Shown here: positions 39,401 through 48,843 of the stretch, piece by piece
Position numbering within the stretch: position 1 is the stretch's first letter
Layout of the letters: each line of letters begins with the position of its first letter
From: an uncultured Bacteroidota bacterium
Lineage (GTDB): Bacteria > Bacteroidota > Bacteroidia > AKYH767-A > 2013-40CM-41-45
Length of the DNA: 64,000 nt
Assembly (NCBI GenBank): GCA_937871435.1
Contig: CALMQM010000072.1
Coordinates: 3,145 to 67,144, forward strand
Reading direction: 5' to 3'
The notes under the pieces: generated by a model
Databases searched by the model: none
Told to the model about the DNA's origin: nothing
What the model saw: the letters and a program-made list of their open reading frames with translations, nothing else
Made by a program: the position numbers and the translations under genes

Positions 39401-40699
39401 TGGAACACAGGATGGACTCGGGAGGCAATTGAAGAAATCCGGCAAGGTCGTATTGTTCACCACACCGCAGTTTACATTGGTTAAAGGTATCGGACAAGTG
39501 ATCACACCTGGCGCAGCTGTCGGGAAATGACAGGCTCCATAATCAATGCTGAATCCACCATCCTGTCCAAAGCAAGCGCCGGAAGCAAAATATTCGAATG
39601 ATGTATAAATGTTCGTGACTTCAGTATTTGCAGGAGTCGGAACAGACAATGCATAATCACAACTGTTCGTCCAGCACACAGCACTGAATTTAGTTCCTGT
39701 AATACTACCAATACCAAGAGTATTTTGTGTTATCACTGCAGGATCAATTACCACCGGATACTCTGTGGATGGATGGATCAGCCAGCTCACAGGAGTGTAC
39801 ACCAGCAATTGATTTCCCTGCTGAATTCTCGAACCTAAATCGTAACGAGTTGGGGAAGGATGATTATCGAAAGCGTAACAACGATCAACACTCAACTGGA
39901 GAACACGGTCGGCATTGAATACATGAATTTCTGTTGATTCGCCGTGTCCGGAAGAAGAAAAATTTGCCGCTTCCATTTTCCAGGATTCCGGAAGAGTAAA
40001 GTCTTGTTTCAGTACCAGCCATCCGGATGTAAATGCAGGTTTGGCTGTCAGAATGATTGACGTTTCAAGCATTCCCTGTTTCACCATAAATACCACATCC
40101 ATTCCCGGATAAAAATTCAGTATACGAATTCCATCGTCCCCTGCTGTGTAGTGACTCCAGTCGGGTGTACCCAGACTTTGTTGATTACCCTTTTCATCTT
40201 CGTACACCAATTCGAGATTACGGTTGAATTGAATGCTTTCACCATTCAGGAAAAATTCACTCCGCTTTTGATTCATATCAATCACGAGTGGAGTCGACTG
40301 TTGCTTTGCCTGGTACCTGCCGGGAATCATTTCATCCGGACTCAGCCGGTAATTGATTTCTCTCCACCATCCATTTTCATCGAGGTAATTGATCGCTCCA
40401 TAGGCCGTCTGCTGGTAGAAATGTTTTCCCTTGCTTCCTTTCTCTACAAAATATCTCGAACTCGCGTCCCGGCGATCTACCAATTCCACACAATTGTTCG
40501 ATGGAGGAGCAGCAAAAGGAATCAACCCTATGTCAGGATGAGAACGATACTTTTCAGGAATCAATGAAAGTTCCTCAGCTTTCACAGGAACTCTCTTAGA
40601 AAAGGAACTTAGATTTAAATCATCGATTCTTGCCAGTTGCCCCTGAACAGGCACTGCCAGAATAAAACAAAAAACGATGATTAGTATGCTGCGAAACAT
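36416..40699 (-). CDS. giant cell-surface adhesin-like protein with a tandem Ig-like module array, a PKD domain and a T9SS type B (CHU_C/gliding-motility) C-terminal domain
   Basis: This 1427-aa protein has a signal peptide. It carries about 9 Ig-like modules, six of which are near-regular 87-aa copies with the signature C-x-G-D/S...F-x-A...GG-x-x-P-x-Y/F-x-W...NG...C. The PKD motif is WYFSDGDTS..NPVHTF..PGSYDVSL. The C-terminal FYPNSFSPNGDLINETW...WDRWGEKIF...GVYVYRV is the type B sorting domain. Confidence 0.85.
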   Translation of the reverse strand: MFRSILIIVFCFILAVPVQGQLARIDDLNLSSFSKRVPVKAEELSLIPEKYRSHPDIGLIPFAAPPSNNCVELVDRRDASSRYFVEKGSKGKHFYQQTAYGAINYLDENGWWREINYRLSPDEMIPGRYQAKQQSTPLVIDMNQKRSEFFLNGESIQFNRNLELVYEDEKGNQQSLGTPDWSHYTAGDDGIRILNFYPGMDVVFMVKQGMLETSIILTAKPAFTSGWLVLKQDFTLPESWKMEAANFSSSGHGESTEIHVFNADRVLQLSVDRCYAFDNHPSPTRYDLGSRIQQGNQLLVYTPVSWLIHPSTEYPVVIDPAVITQNTLGIGSITGTKFSAVCWTNSCDYALSVPTPANTEVTNIYTSFEYFASGACFGQDGGFSIDYGACHFPTAAPGVITCPIPLTNVNCGVVNNTTLPDFFNCLPSPSCVPQNLNFTLHFYRCNNDPSAACGSACVRASQPWIMFVEGRTLEMNTFTPPQAICGGDSVLISGNPEYGVGPYQFSWNPAGINNDSMYVRPALTTTYTLTVTDACGSTATGSSTVTVTPNVNPGFSFSQNPVCIGQPVTLLGSGGGAVSNYDWTLPGSNAPGGNIQNNKQPIISYAIQGSYPVTLNYSSSGCVFDSTLTLTVDGLNAAQVSLSTVPLSAICPGDTMHFYASPTNGGSSPVYTWFVDGVQVLSGSSDSLYYSNLVNGSLVQVEMSSNSSCASPTIDTASVFVNVTNAVSPVVTVTPDTTVCPGSPVTFSTSQLNGGGSPTYQWTVNGVNVAGATSSTFSTTIQSTDTIVGVTMTSSLSCVSTPNDVDTVHVAIRVPSIPVVNIASNPSGAVCQGDSIQFTASSLFGGTSPMFRWYVNGIPAGPASADSTFTFLSPSNGDSVSVELTSSAFCVNPTNANSHTLVTVSPAASPSVNVVAAPSTSICQGDAVTITASSSGAGSTPVFSWYINGVLQSDTDSLFNSSAFNDMDSVSVVVQSSLSCAVVPSDTADVVMQVSVTVAPTISISPSTTGLCVGAIIQFVATTTNGGSAPVFSWTQNGTAVGSNNDTVSIALQNGDIIVATLTSNSACATVPVVQSNNYLAALSAYVTPSVSIAAVPGTTICRGQTVNVTATPVNGGNQPVYNWLINGIASGSGSTLQSSTLQQGDVVSVIMTSDAPCVTQTADTSNTILISTFPALSVQMNGSNNVCPGTPVILTAIPSGGDGGPYTYVWSESPSLNDSIVIYPETSAYHAVTISDQCGSTPESDSILVQVLPGSVADFIFSPEEPSTFNNTVQFHNQSTNTSFLTWYFSDGDTSLVQNPVHTFQTPGSYDVSLVTRSPLGCYDTLNYHIVVREDISVFYPNSFSPNGDLINETWSPIGASLGDYEFSIWDRWGEKIFDGNKNKPWDGSVNGSSHPAHDGVYVYRVDLKDSKFDRQIVTGRVTIVR

Positions 40700-40751
40700 T
40701 CCGTTTATTTCAATACCATTTCACTCCTTTTTCAAGGAAAAAGATGGTATG

Positions 40752-40759
40752 CAAATTTA
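40752..40759 (-). promoter_or_regulatory. candidate -7 promoter box for the adhesin gene
   Basis: The minus strand reads TAAATTTG, 53 nt upstream of the ATG at 40699. Confidence 0.3.
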
Positions 40760-40929
40760 GCTTTAAAACCCCGTTTTATCAATCAAAATCAGGGCTTTTC
40801 ATACAAGATTTACACTTGTTTTTGTGATTATTCTATGTCAGAAAACACCCGGTTTCAGGCACCCGATTTACATTCAGGTTGAAATTCAAATCAAATATTC
40901 AATTGATCTATCAAAAACGACAGCAGATG

Positions 40930-42411
40930 TTAAAACGCTTCCAGAAACTCCTTCGCTGCCTGCATATCCGTATACATCACCCGATCTTCCTCCACAAATT
41001 TGACTTCCTTTCGGAAACCGGCGACAAAATCTTCAACCAGATCAGAACTTTTTGCCGGTCTGCGGAACTCCAATGCCTGAGAGGCTGAAAACAACTCGAT
41101 AGCCAGAATAGAATAAACGTTGTCAACTACTCTGAACAATTTTGTAGCTGCGTTCGCTCCCATGCTCACATGATCTTCCTGTCCATTCGATGATACGATA
41201 GAATCAACAGACGCAGGCATGCACAATTGTTTGTTCTGACTGACGATGGATGCTGCTGTATATTGCGGGATCATAAAACCGGAATTCAATCCGGGATTTG
41301 CAACAAGGAAAGGAGGCAATCCTCTTTGTCCGGAAATAAGCAGATAGGTTCTCCTCTCTGAGATACTCCCCAGTTCAGCAAGAGCAATACTCAGAAAATC
41401 CATCGCCAATGCCAAGGGTTGTCCATGAAAGTTTCCAGCGGAAATTATTTTATCGTCATCCGGGAAAATTGTCGGGTTATCAGTGACCGAATTAATTTCA
41501 GTTAACAACACATTCGCAACATAATTGATCGCATCCCTTGAAGCACCATGCACTTGTGGAATGCATCGGAATGAGTATGGATCCTGAACATGCTCTTTTC
41601 TTCTTTTGATGAGCTGACTTCCCTTCAGAATATTCCGGATATTCTCCGCCACATCACTTTGCCCCTGATGAGGTCTGACTTTGTGAATCAGTTTATCAAA
41701 TGGCTCAGGTCTTCCGTCAAAGCCTTCCAAAGAAATCACTCCGATAAAATCTGCGAGTGAAGCAAGCTGGTAACTTCTGAGTAAACAATATACGCCGTAG
41801 GCCGACATGAATTGTGTTCCATTCAACAAAGCCAAACCTTCTTTGCTTTGCAATTCAATCGGCTTCCAGTTAAATTTCTTCAGGACATTTTTTGATGCTT
41901 GTCTTTTCCCGTCAAAGACAACTTCACCTTCTCCAATCAGCGGTAAACACAAATGTGCCAACGGCGCCAAGTCTCCGGAAGCGCCAAGGGATCCCTGCTG
42001 ATATACTACCGGCAGCACATCGTTGTTGAACATATCAATCAGTCGTTCGACAGTAATGAGTTGTACTCCTGAATTTCCAAAAGCCAGTCCTTGTATTTTC
42101 AACAGCAACATCAAACGAACAATCTCAGCGGGAACAATTTCACCCATGCCACAAGCATGTGACATCATCAGATTGGTCTGAAGTTTACCAAGATCTTTTT
42201 CAGAAATAGATTTATTGTACAAAGCACCAAAACCGGTATTGATACCATAAATCGGCTCCTTGTGTTCTTTCAGTTTTACATCCAGAAACTTTCTTCCTTT
42301 CTGTATCGCCTGCCGTGCATCATCACCCAGACTAAGTTTCATTTCCTCCCGAAGAATTGTTTCAATGGTATCGAAGTCGAGGCCTTTTAAGGATATTTTA
42401 TGGGTGGTCAT
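40930..42411 (-). CDS. hutH: histidine ammonia-lyase
   Basis: The MIO-forming triad sits in GSLGASGDLAPLAHL. The HAL-type selectivity residues S-H appear in NLMMSHACGMGE. Length is 493 aa. Confidence 0.9.
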   Translation of the reverse strand: MTTHKISLKGLDFDTIETILREEMKLSLGDDARQAIQKGRKFLDVKLKEHKEPIYGINTGFGALYNKSISEKDLGKLQTNLMMSHACGMGEIVPAEIVRLMLLLKIQGLAFGNSGVQLITVERLIDMFNNDVLPVVYQQGSLGASGDLAPLAHLCLPLIGEGEVVFDGKRQASKNVLKKFNWKPIELQSKEGLALLNGTQFMSAYGVYCLLRSYQLASLADFIGVISLEGFDGRPEPFDKLIHKVRPHQGQSDVAENIRNILKGSQLIKRRKEHVQDPYSFRCIPQVHGASRDAINYVANVLLTEINSVTDNPTIFPDDDKIISAGNFHGQPLALAMDFLSIALAELGSISERRTYLLISGQRGLPPFLVANPGLNSGFMIPQYTAASIVSQNKQLCMPASVDSIVSSNGQEDHVSMGANAATKLFRVVDNVYSILAIELFSASQALEFRRPAKSSDLVEDFVAGFRKEVKFVEEDRVMYTDMQAAKEFLEAF

Positions 42412-42514
42412 CAGGTAATATTTTTTTTCGAATAAAGTCGCAGAGATCGCAATGAGCGATCGAATTATTTTTTAAGATGATAATACTAATAACCAACAAC
42501 TAAAAACCAACAAC

Positions 42515-43867
42515 TCATTTAAGTAAATGCAAAAGCTCATCCATCGTCACCTTGCTTTGTTCCCCTGAGCTCATGTTTTTCACTGTGATTTCGTTATTTT
42601 TCATTTCTTCCGTTCCGATCAGCGCGACAAACGGAATTTTTTTTGCATCCGCGTAACTCATTTGTTTTTTCATCTTGGCTGCATCCGGATACAACTCAGC
42701 ATGAATCCCATCTTCCCGGATTCGATCAAGTAACTGCAAACAGAATCGCGCTTCTTCTTCACCGAAATTCACAAATAAAATTTTTGTCGAAATGCCGCTG
42801 AAATCAGGAAAGCCTTTCACTTCTTCCAATACATCATAAATCCTGTCTGCACCAAACGATATTCCAACCCCGCTAACATTCGGCAATCCGAAAATCCCTG
42901 TCAAATCATCATACCGTCCTCCTCCGCAAATGCTGCTCGTGAATGAACTTCGTTTGTCATTCACTTTCACTTCAATGATCGCTCCGGTGTAATAATTCAA
43001 TCCCCGTGCAAGAGTGATATCCAATTCAATATTGTCCTTAACTTTTTGAGAAATCTGTAACATATTGAGAATAGATTCCATTTCTGCAATACCTTTCAAC
43101 CCGGTTTCAGAGTTTTTTAAAACCTGACGAAGAGACTCCATTTTATTTTCATTGCTTCCGCTCAACTTAATAATCGGTTGCAATTGTTGAATGGCTGTTT
43201 CTGAAAGTCCTTTCATCTTCAGTTCTTCATTCACTTTATCAAGACCAATCTTGTCCAACTTATCTATGGCAACGGTGATGTCAATAATTTTGTCCCGCTC
43301 ACCAATTACCTCTGCGATACCGGAAAGAATTTTTCGGTTATTTAGTTTTATCGAGACATCAATCTTTAATGCATCAAACACATCTCCGATCATTCGGATC
43401 AATTCCACTTCATTCAAAAGCGAAATACTGCCGATCACATCCGCGTCACACTGATAAAACTCCCGGTATCTTCCTTTTTGCGGACGATCCGCACGCCATA
43501 CCGGTTGGATCTGGTATCGCTTGAAAGGAAAAGTGATTTCATTCTGATGCATTACCACATAACGGGCGAAGGGTACTGTCAAATCATAGCGGAGACCTTT
43601 TTCTGTAACATCCGAATTTTTAATTTCCAAATGAGCCAGTCTGTATTTTTCAAACGGATCTCCACTATTCAAAATCCGAAATAACAGTTTGTCACCTTCT
43701 TCTCCATACTTTCCTTCAAGCATGCTAAGATTCTCCATTGAAGGAGTTTCAATTTCTTCATAGCCATATCGCTGATACACTCCACGAATGGTATCAAAAA
43801 TATAATTACGCTTAAGCATTTCACCCGGCGAAAAATCACGGGTCCCTTTAGGTATGGAAGGTTTCAT
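42515..43867 (-). CDS. hisS: histidine--tRNA ligase
   Basis: Class II motifs are present: [12 protein letters not shown] (motif 2) and CGGGRYDDL (motif 3). A C-terminal anticodon-binding domain follows. Length is 450 aa. Confidence 0.93.
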   Translation of the reverse strand: MKPSIPKGTRDFSPGEMLKRNYIFDTIRGVYQRYGYEEIETPSMENLSMLEGKYGEEGDKLLFRILNSGDPFEKYRLAHLEIKNSDVTEKGLRYDLTVPFARYVVMHQNEITFPFKRYQIQPVWRADRPQKGRYREFYQCDADVIGSISLLNEVELIRMIGDVFDALKIDVSIKLNNRKILSGIAEVIGERDKIIDITVAIDKLDKIGLDKVNEELKMKGLSETAIQQLQPIIKLSGSNENKMESLRQVLKNSETGLKGIAEMESILNMLQISQKVKDNIELDITLARGLNYYTGAIIEVKVNDKRSSFTSSICGGGRYDDLTGIFGLPNVSGVGISFGADRIYDVLEEVKGFPDFSGISTKILFVNFGEEEARFCLQLLDRIREDGIHAELYPDAAKMKKQMSYADAKKIPFVALIGTEEMKNNEITVKNMSSGEQSKVTMDELLHLLK

Positions 43868-43910
43868 AAAAACAGTTCATGAAATCCTAAAATATCAGGA
43901 AATCACCCTG

Positions 43911-43918
43911 CAAAAATA
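43911..43918 (-). promoter_or_regulatory. candidate -7 promoter box for hisS
   Basis: The minus strand reads TATTTTTG, 44 nt upstream of the ATG at 43867. Confidence 0.4.
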
Positions 43919-44174
43919 AACTTTTGATCTTCTCTGAGAGAACTGGAACAGGCAGATATAAACAATGAGAATAGAATAAACTCATAATCGAACTCTACTA
44001 AAAATGACTCATCTATATCTGGCCAAACAACTATTACGTGTCTATTCCAGCCAATTGAAAAAAGTCACAAAATTGACTATCAATGAGATATCGATTGAAT
44101 TTCATGCTTCAGTGAAATCAAAATAAAGATCTTCTACCAAAAGGACGACAGAAGATCAGACAAACACCCGCAAT

Positions 44175-45773
44175 CTAATAATTCGCCTCCACCAGTTCTT
44201 TGCCTTCAGTGTTCAAGCTTTGGTACGCTTTATAATCTTCAAGATTGAATGAAAGCCAGGAATGAGACGAATATTCTTTCAAAAATTTATCCCTTCTGTA
44301 ATCCAACTCCGCTTTGAATTGTTCAATATCCAAAGATCTCACCCAAATCACTTTATTTTTCTTATGCGCTTCCATTTGCGCTTTTATTTCAGCGAGATGC
44401 GAGTACAAAATCGGATAAACTTTAGGCGACAATTTCAAATAAAAATCAATATCTACTTCTCCTTTATTCCAGTGACTCAGGTTATATTTTGCAATCCATC
44501 CATCCCAGTTAAACAGGCTGAGTAAAACTATTGCACCGTACACAGACCATGTATTCAATCTTAAAAGAAAATAAGACGATTTTAACTTTTGAATTTTGAT
44601 AAACAAAGTCGCCAATCCGATCAGTGTCACCAATAAAAAGACATCGACACCTATTCTGCGATACGCCAATCCATGAAAATCTATATAGTGATAGGTTCGG
44701 AGAAAAACTGAAATCACAAGAATTCCATTTTGAATAATCCAGGCAAAAGCCAGGAGACGCAAAACTTTATTGCGTGGATAAAAATTCTGATTTCTCCTGA
44801 AAAAATATAACAACACTGAGATAGAAAGAAGAATACTGAAAATCAATAATCCTGTTCCTTCATGTACGTAGGCTTTCAAACTGAATTCATCCGGAACCAC
44901 AAAGCCAAACCAAAGGAAGCGAATGTCGATTAGATTCTCGAGCAACAACATCGCATTGACTATACAGAGAAGAATTATTCCGGAACGATTTTCATTTTTT
45001 AAGGCGATGGATTTAAATCTGGGCGATGAAGGCGGATAAACCGGCTCCTTTGTAAGACTCGATACAGGAACATACTTACGCTTTCTTCCAGCTTTGATTC
45101 TCTCCAGTTTATCGTTGAATGAAAGGTCCTTCATCATGAATATACTGACTTCCCCACGAAATACAATTCCTGCAATCAACAATGCGCCAAAGAGTAAAAA
45201 GAAAATTCTTGAAAATGAAATAGAACGAATGAAGTCTCCAAAAAGAGATTCCATCATTGTATATATTTTCCCGGCATATTCACCAAATACAGGATTCGCA
45301 CCGCTGTATATGAGACAAAAAACAAAAGAAATAAAAATCGGAATCATGCTAAGCCGGATGAATCGTACCAAAAATTTTGTGAACGGACGTTGATTCAACA
45401 ATGCCTCCTTTTTCCTGAGAAATTGAACCGGCAAATTCACTACATGCCGGGCCAGGTGAAGAGTAGCAAACAAGATGCTTCGCATTTTATTCCCGTGGAC
45501 AAAAGCTGCAATGAGCAACAAAGAAATAATGTGCGCTACTTTGGAAGCCTCCGATCCGATGAGAAACACCATCAACCCGGTTACGAGTGTTCCAACAAGT
45601 GTAATGCGTACCGGTCCCGATGAAAAACTTTCCGGGTAAGCAATCTTCATCAACAAAAGCAACATTCCGCTGAATAGAAAAATATTGATTCCAAGATTTT
45701 CTTTCCAAAAAAAGAAATTGTAAATCACAAGAAGGAATACAAAACTGACATTTAAAATACGGGTGTTTGTCAT
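44175..45773 (-). CDS. polytopic membrane protein of unknown function (DUF4173/DUF4153-like)
   Basis: This 532-aa protein has at least 10 hydrophobic segments and no catalytic motif. The family name is from memory of similar Bacteroidota proteins. Confidence 0.7.
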   Translation of the reverse strand: MTNTRILNVSFVFLLVIYNFFFWKENLGINIFLFSGMLLLLMKIAYPESFSSGPVRITLVGTLVTGLMVFLIGSEASKVAHIISLLLIAAFVHGNKMRSILFATLHLARHVVNLPVQFLRKKEALLNQRPFTKFLVRFIRLSMIPIFISFVFCLIYSGANPVFGEYAGKIYTMMESLFGDFIRSISFSRIFFLLFGALLIAGIVFRGEVSIFMMKDLSFNDKLERIKAGRKRKYVPVSSLTKEPVYPPSSPRFKSIALKNENRSGIILLCIVNAMLLLENLIDIRFLWFGFVVPDEFSLKAYVHEGTGLLIFSILLSISVLLYFFRRNQNFYPRNKVLRLLAFAWIIQNGILVISVFLRTYHYIDFHGLAYRRIGVDVFLLVTLIGLATLFIKIQKLKSSYFLLRLNTWSVYGAIVLLSLFNWDGWIAKYNLSHWNKGEVDIDFYLKLSPKVYPILYSHLAEIKAQMEAHKKNKVIWVRSLDIEQFKAELDYRRDKFLKEYSSHSWLSFNLEDYKAYQSLNTEGKELVEANY

Positions 45774-45776
45774 GGT

Positions 45777-46274
45777 TTAGAGCTTAATGGTTGTGTGAAG
45801 TGTCGAGAGAATTCGAATGTATTTCTTAACATACAAAAGCGGAATCAATCCAATCATTCCGAAGGAACAATCAATACATTGATGAAAAAACGGAATACCT
45901 CTCACGTATCCTGCAATCAATGCCAGAGGAAATACAAGCAGACAGGATAAAATCGCCCAATCAATCACCCATTTATTTTGAAGCGGATCGCGGTATGGAC
46001 CAATCAATGCTAATGCGATAACAATATGGGCGAAGGCAAGCCAATCTGTTCCATAAGATATGAATGGATAATTCTGATTTGTTTCATGAATCCCAGTGTA
46101 AACTTTGCTTATCCAATCGGCCATGAATTCAGGGAAAAGCTCAACATACTTCATGAGCCATGATAATTCAGTCTCTAATGGGAAAGCGGTGATTCCACTG
46201 GCCAATGTTGCCAGGAAAAAAAACAGAATCAACCGGCGAATGGATACAAGTACTTTTTTCTCATCTTTCACCAT
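45777..46274 (-). CDS. small 4-TM membrane protein of unknown function
   Basis: This 165-aa protein has four hydrophobic segments. Its stop lies only 3 nt before the start of the downstream membrane-protein gene. Confidence 0.65.
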   Translation of the reverse strand: MVKDEKKVLVSIRRLILFFFLATLASGITAFPLETELSWLMKYVELFPEFMADWISKVYTGIHETNQNYPFISYGTDWLAFAHIVIALALIGPYRDPLQNKWVIDWAILSCLLVFPLALIAGYVRGIPFFHQCIDCSFGMIGLIPLLYVKKYIRILSTLHTTIKL

Positions 46275-46367
46275 AGATGAAAGCGAAACGAAAAAATAAA
46301 TAGAATATTTTAAGGAAGAAATCTTTTTCTGTAAGTACAGAATCTGATTGTGAATAAAAAGGAAATC

Positions 46368-46754
46368 TTACTGTCTCAGAATTACTTTCTGGACAAACTC
46401 ATCTTTTCCCACCTTGGTTTTCAGAATATAAATTGCAGGCGACAAATCTCCCACTGTTAAATGAACGGAAGCATCTCTACCGCTGCAATCAAAAGATTCC
46501 GTCCTTACAATTCGGCCGGATGTGCTATACAAAACCAGCAATATCTTTTCGTCCTTCACTTCTGAAAATTGCACCTGCAATGTTTGATACAAAGGATTTA
46601 ATCTCAGCAAAGGTAAATTATCTTTATCCGTACCAGATTTCGAACTCACAGAAACCGAACTTGGTTCAGTAGGCGTTCCCGCTTGGACCAATCCGTTTTC
46701 ACTCATCAACAAAATAGAAACACTAAACAGAAACAAACGCAGATTTCGCTTCAT
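46368..46754 (-). CDS. minimal T9SS substrate: signal peptide, short Ser/Thr linker and a type A sorting domain only
   Basis: The 128-aa protein has a signal peptide ending VQA and about 25 aa of linker (GTPTEPSSVSVSSKSGTDKD). A CTD-like beta-sandwich follows (LNPLYQTLQVQF...VLYSTSGRIV...AIYILKT...QKVIL). Confidence 0.65.
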   Translation of the reverse strand: MKRNLRLFLFSVSILLMSENGLVQAGTPTEPSSVSVSSKSGTDKDNLPLLRLNPLYQTLQVQFSEVKDEKILLVLYSTSGRIVRTESFDCSGRDASVHLTVGDLSPAIYILKTKVGKDEFVQKVILRQ

Positions 46755-46851
46755 GAAGACTATAATTTCCAGAAATACAATATTAGTAATTGCTACACTA
46801 TAAAGACATGACAGGGGTCATCCGAATGGATGAAGGACAGTCCCGGTTATG

Positions 46852-46886
46852 AAAAGACGCGAACACTCTTAGTCTTCGCGTCTTTT
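46852..46886 (-). terminator. intrinsic terminator downstream of ettA
   Basis: A perfect 12-bp inverted repeat aaaagacgcgaa / ttcgcgtctttt encloses an 11-nt loop. The U-tract forms the 3' end of the stem. It begins 14 nt after the ettA stop. Confidence 0.6.
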
Positions 46887-46899
46887 CATAGACCTGAAT

Positions 46900-48576
46900 T
46901 TATCGTACGAGATTTTTATAACGGATCCTGTGCGGCTGAGTATCACCCATACGCTGTTTCTTATTCTCTTCGTATTCAGAGAAATTTCCGTCAAAAAAAT
47001 ACACCTGAGAGTCGCCTTCAAATGCGAGAATGTGAGTTGCTACTCTGTCGAGGAACCAACGATCGTGAGAAATGATCACCGCGCAGCCGGCGAAATTTTC
47101 AATCGCTTCTTCCAATGCACGAAGTGTATTGATATCAATATCATTGGTCGGCTCGTCAAGCAATAACACGTTTGATCCTTCACGCAATGCGATGGCAAGA
47201 TGTACACGATTTCTTTCTCCGCCCGACAACACTTCCAGCTTTTTACTCTGATCCGTTCCGCTGAAATTGAATTTACTTACATAAGCACGCGAATTCAAAG
47301 TACGTCCGCCAACTATCATAGAATCTGTTCCTCCGGAAATGATCTCGTATACACTCTTTCCACTTACAAGATCATCATGGCTCTGGTCCACATATGCGAT
47401 CTGAACGGTCTCTCCGATTTTTACTGTCCCGGCATCGGGTTGCTCCTGACCCATGATCAGCTTGAACAAAGTCGTCTTTCCGGCTCCATTCGGTCCAATC
47501 ACACCAACAATTCCTGCAGGTGGAAGAGAGAATGTCAGGTTTTCAAAAAGCACTTTGTCGCCAAAAGATTTGCTGACATTATTAAAATCAATCACAACTG
47601 AACCCAATCTTGGTCCTGGAGGAATGAACAACTCCAGTTTTTCTTCCCTTTCCTTTGCATCTTCATTCAACAATTTATCATATGCCGCTATACGTGCTTT
47701 GGATTTGGCATGTCTGCCTTTCGGAGACATTCTCACCCACTCCAACTCACGCTGCAAAGTTTTTTGTCTCTTGCTTTCTGATTTTTCTTCCTGCGCAAGT
47801 CGGTTTGATTTCTGCTCCAGCCAGGAAGAATAATTTCCTTTCCATGGAATTCCTTCTCCACGATCCAATTCAAGTATCCAGCCTGCAACATTATCTAAGA
47901 AATAACGATCGTGTGTAACCGCGATGACAGTTCCTTTGTATTGTTGTAAATGTTGCTCTAACCACAACACAGATTCAGCATCGAGGTGATTCGTTGGCTC
48001 ATCCAGCAACAAAACATCCGGCTCCTGCAACAACAAACGACACAAAGCGATTCTTCGTTTTTCTCCTCCGGATAAATTCGCAACTGACGATTCCGGATCA
48101 GGACAACGCAAAGCATCCATCGCGATTTCAATTTTGTTGTCAATCTCCCAACCGCCGGCCGCGTCAATAGCATCCTGAACAACACCTTGTCGCGCGATGA
48201 GCTTATTCATCGCGTCGTCGTCCATCGGCTCAGCAAATTTGTTATTGATCTCTTCAAACTCTTTCAGAAGATCAACAACCTTCTGTGCTCCTTCCATGAC
48301 AACTTCCCGGGCTGTCTTATTCGGATCCAACTCTGGCTCTTGAGAAAGGTATCCAACTGAATATCCCGGAGAAAAAACGACCTCGCCCTGGAAGGACTTT
48401 TCGAGTCCGGCGATAATCTTCATAAGGGTGGATTTTCCCGCCCCATTCAATCCGAGAATTCCGATTTTCGCCCCATAATAAAAAGACAAGTAAATGTCTT
48501 TCAAAACCTGCTTGCTTGGTGGATAGATTTTACTCACTCCTACCATCGAAAAGATGATCTTTTTATCGTCTGCCAT
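46900..48576 (-). CDS. ettA: energy-dependent translational throttle protein EttA (ABC-F ATPase)
   Basis: Two ABC cassettes are present, with Walker A GLNGAGKST and GPNGAGKTT and signatures LSGGEKRR and LSGGERNR. The protein has no TM segments. The 558-aa length and the N-terminus (FSMVGVSKIYPPSKQVLKDISLSF-like) match EttA. Confidence 0.92.
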   Translation of the reverse strand: MADDKKIIFSMVGVSKIYPPSKQVLKDIYLSFYYGAKIGILGLNGAGKSTLMKIIAGLEKSFQGEVVFSPGYSVGYLSQEPELDPNKTAREVVMEGAQKVVDLLKEFEEINNKFAEPMDDDAMNKLIARQGVVQDAIDAAGGWEIDNKIEIAMDALRCPDPESSVANLSGGEKRRIALCRLLLQEPDVLLLDEPTNHLDAESVLWLEQHLQQYKGTVIAVTHDRYFLDNVAGWILELDRGEGIPWKGNYSSWLEQKSNRLAQEEKSESKRQKTLQRELEWVRMSPKGRHAKSKARIAAYDKLLNEDAKEREEKLELFIPPGPRLGSVVIDFNNVSKSFGDKVLFENLTFSLPPAGIVGVIGPNGAGKTTLFKLIMGQEQPDAGTVKIGETVQIAYVDQSHDDLVSGKSVYEIISGGTDSMIVGGRTLNSRAYVSKFNFSGTDQSKKLEVLSGGERNRVHLAIALREGSNVLLLDEPTNDIDINTLRALEEAIENFAGCAVIISHDRWFLDRVATHILAFEGDSQVYFFDGNFSEYEENKKQRMGDTQPHRIRYKNLVR

Positions 48577-48843
48577 GTGTTTGTGGATTCAATTTGACCG
48601 GATTTATCAACTACCTGTATTTCAAGTATTTGTATAAATATCTGGGTTGGTCAGATTGGATTTTTTAGTGTTTCTGTGGATGGATATTAATGCTCCCATT
48701 AAATCGTCTGCGAATTTCGGCAAAATTGTTTAATAATTAATGCTTTATCCCTCTAAAAGAGGCGAAAATTAAGCTCGAAAAATGCAACCCTTACGGATAA
48801 AGAGCTGTAAGAAACATGAATTCGCACAGAAGAATCACCTACA

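Noticed and set aside
40930-42411. The MIO enzyme as a tyrosine or phenylalanine ammonia-lyase or aminomutase (a secondary-metabolism marker)
   Set aside because: The selectivity position reads Ser-His (MMSHACG), as in histidases, not His-Leu (TAL) or Phe-Leu (PAL). No biosynthetic genes flank it.
42491-42515. A direct repeat of aaccaacaact (two copies, 3-nt spacer) at the hisS 3' end
   Set aside because: There are only two short A/C-rich copies abutting the stop codon. This is low complexity with no further copies in the window, so I attach no function to it.
43868-44174. A T-box-type leader upstream of hisS (and likewise upstream of valS, 19197-19424)
   Set aside because: No T-box sequence (AATTAGGGTGGTACCGCG-like) or specifier-loop architecture is present. 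A -7 box lies only 24-44 nt upstream of each start codon, which leaves no room for a roughly 200-nt leader. The hairpin at 44128-44157 looks like the terminator of the upstream convergently read membrane-protein gene.
48743-48802. A nested hairpin (ctttatcc...ggataaag) in the 5' region of the S8 peptidase gene as a possible riboswitch or leader
   Set aside because: There is only an 8-bp A/T-rich outer stem, with no recognisable conserved riboswitch core. It cannot be distinguished from chance pairing in A/T-rich intergenic DNA.
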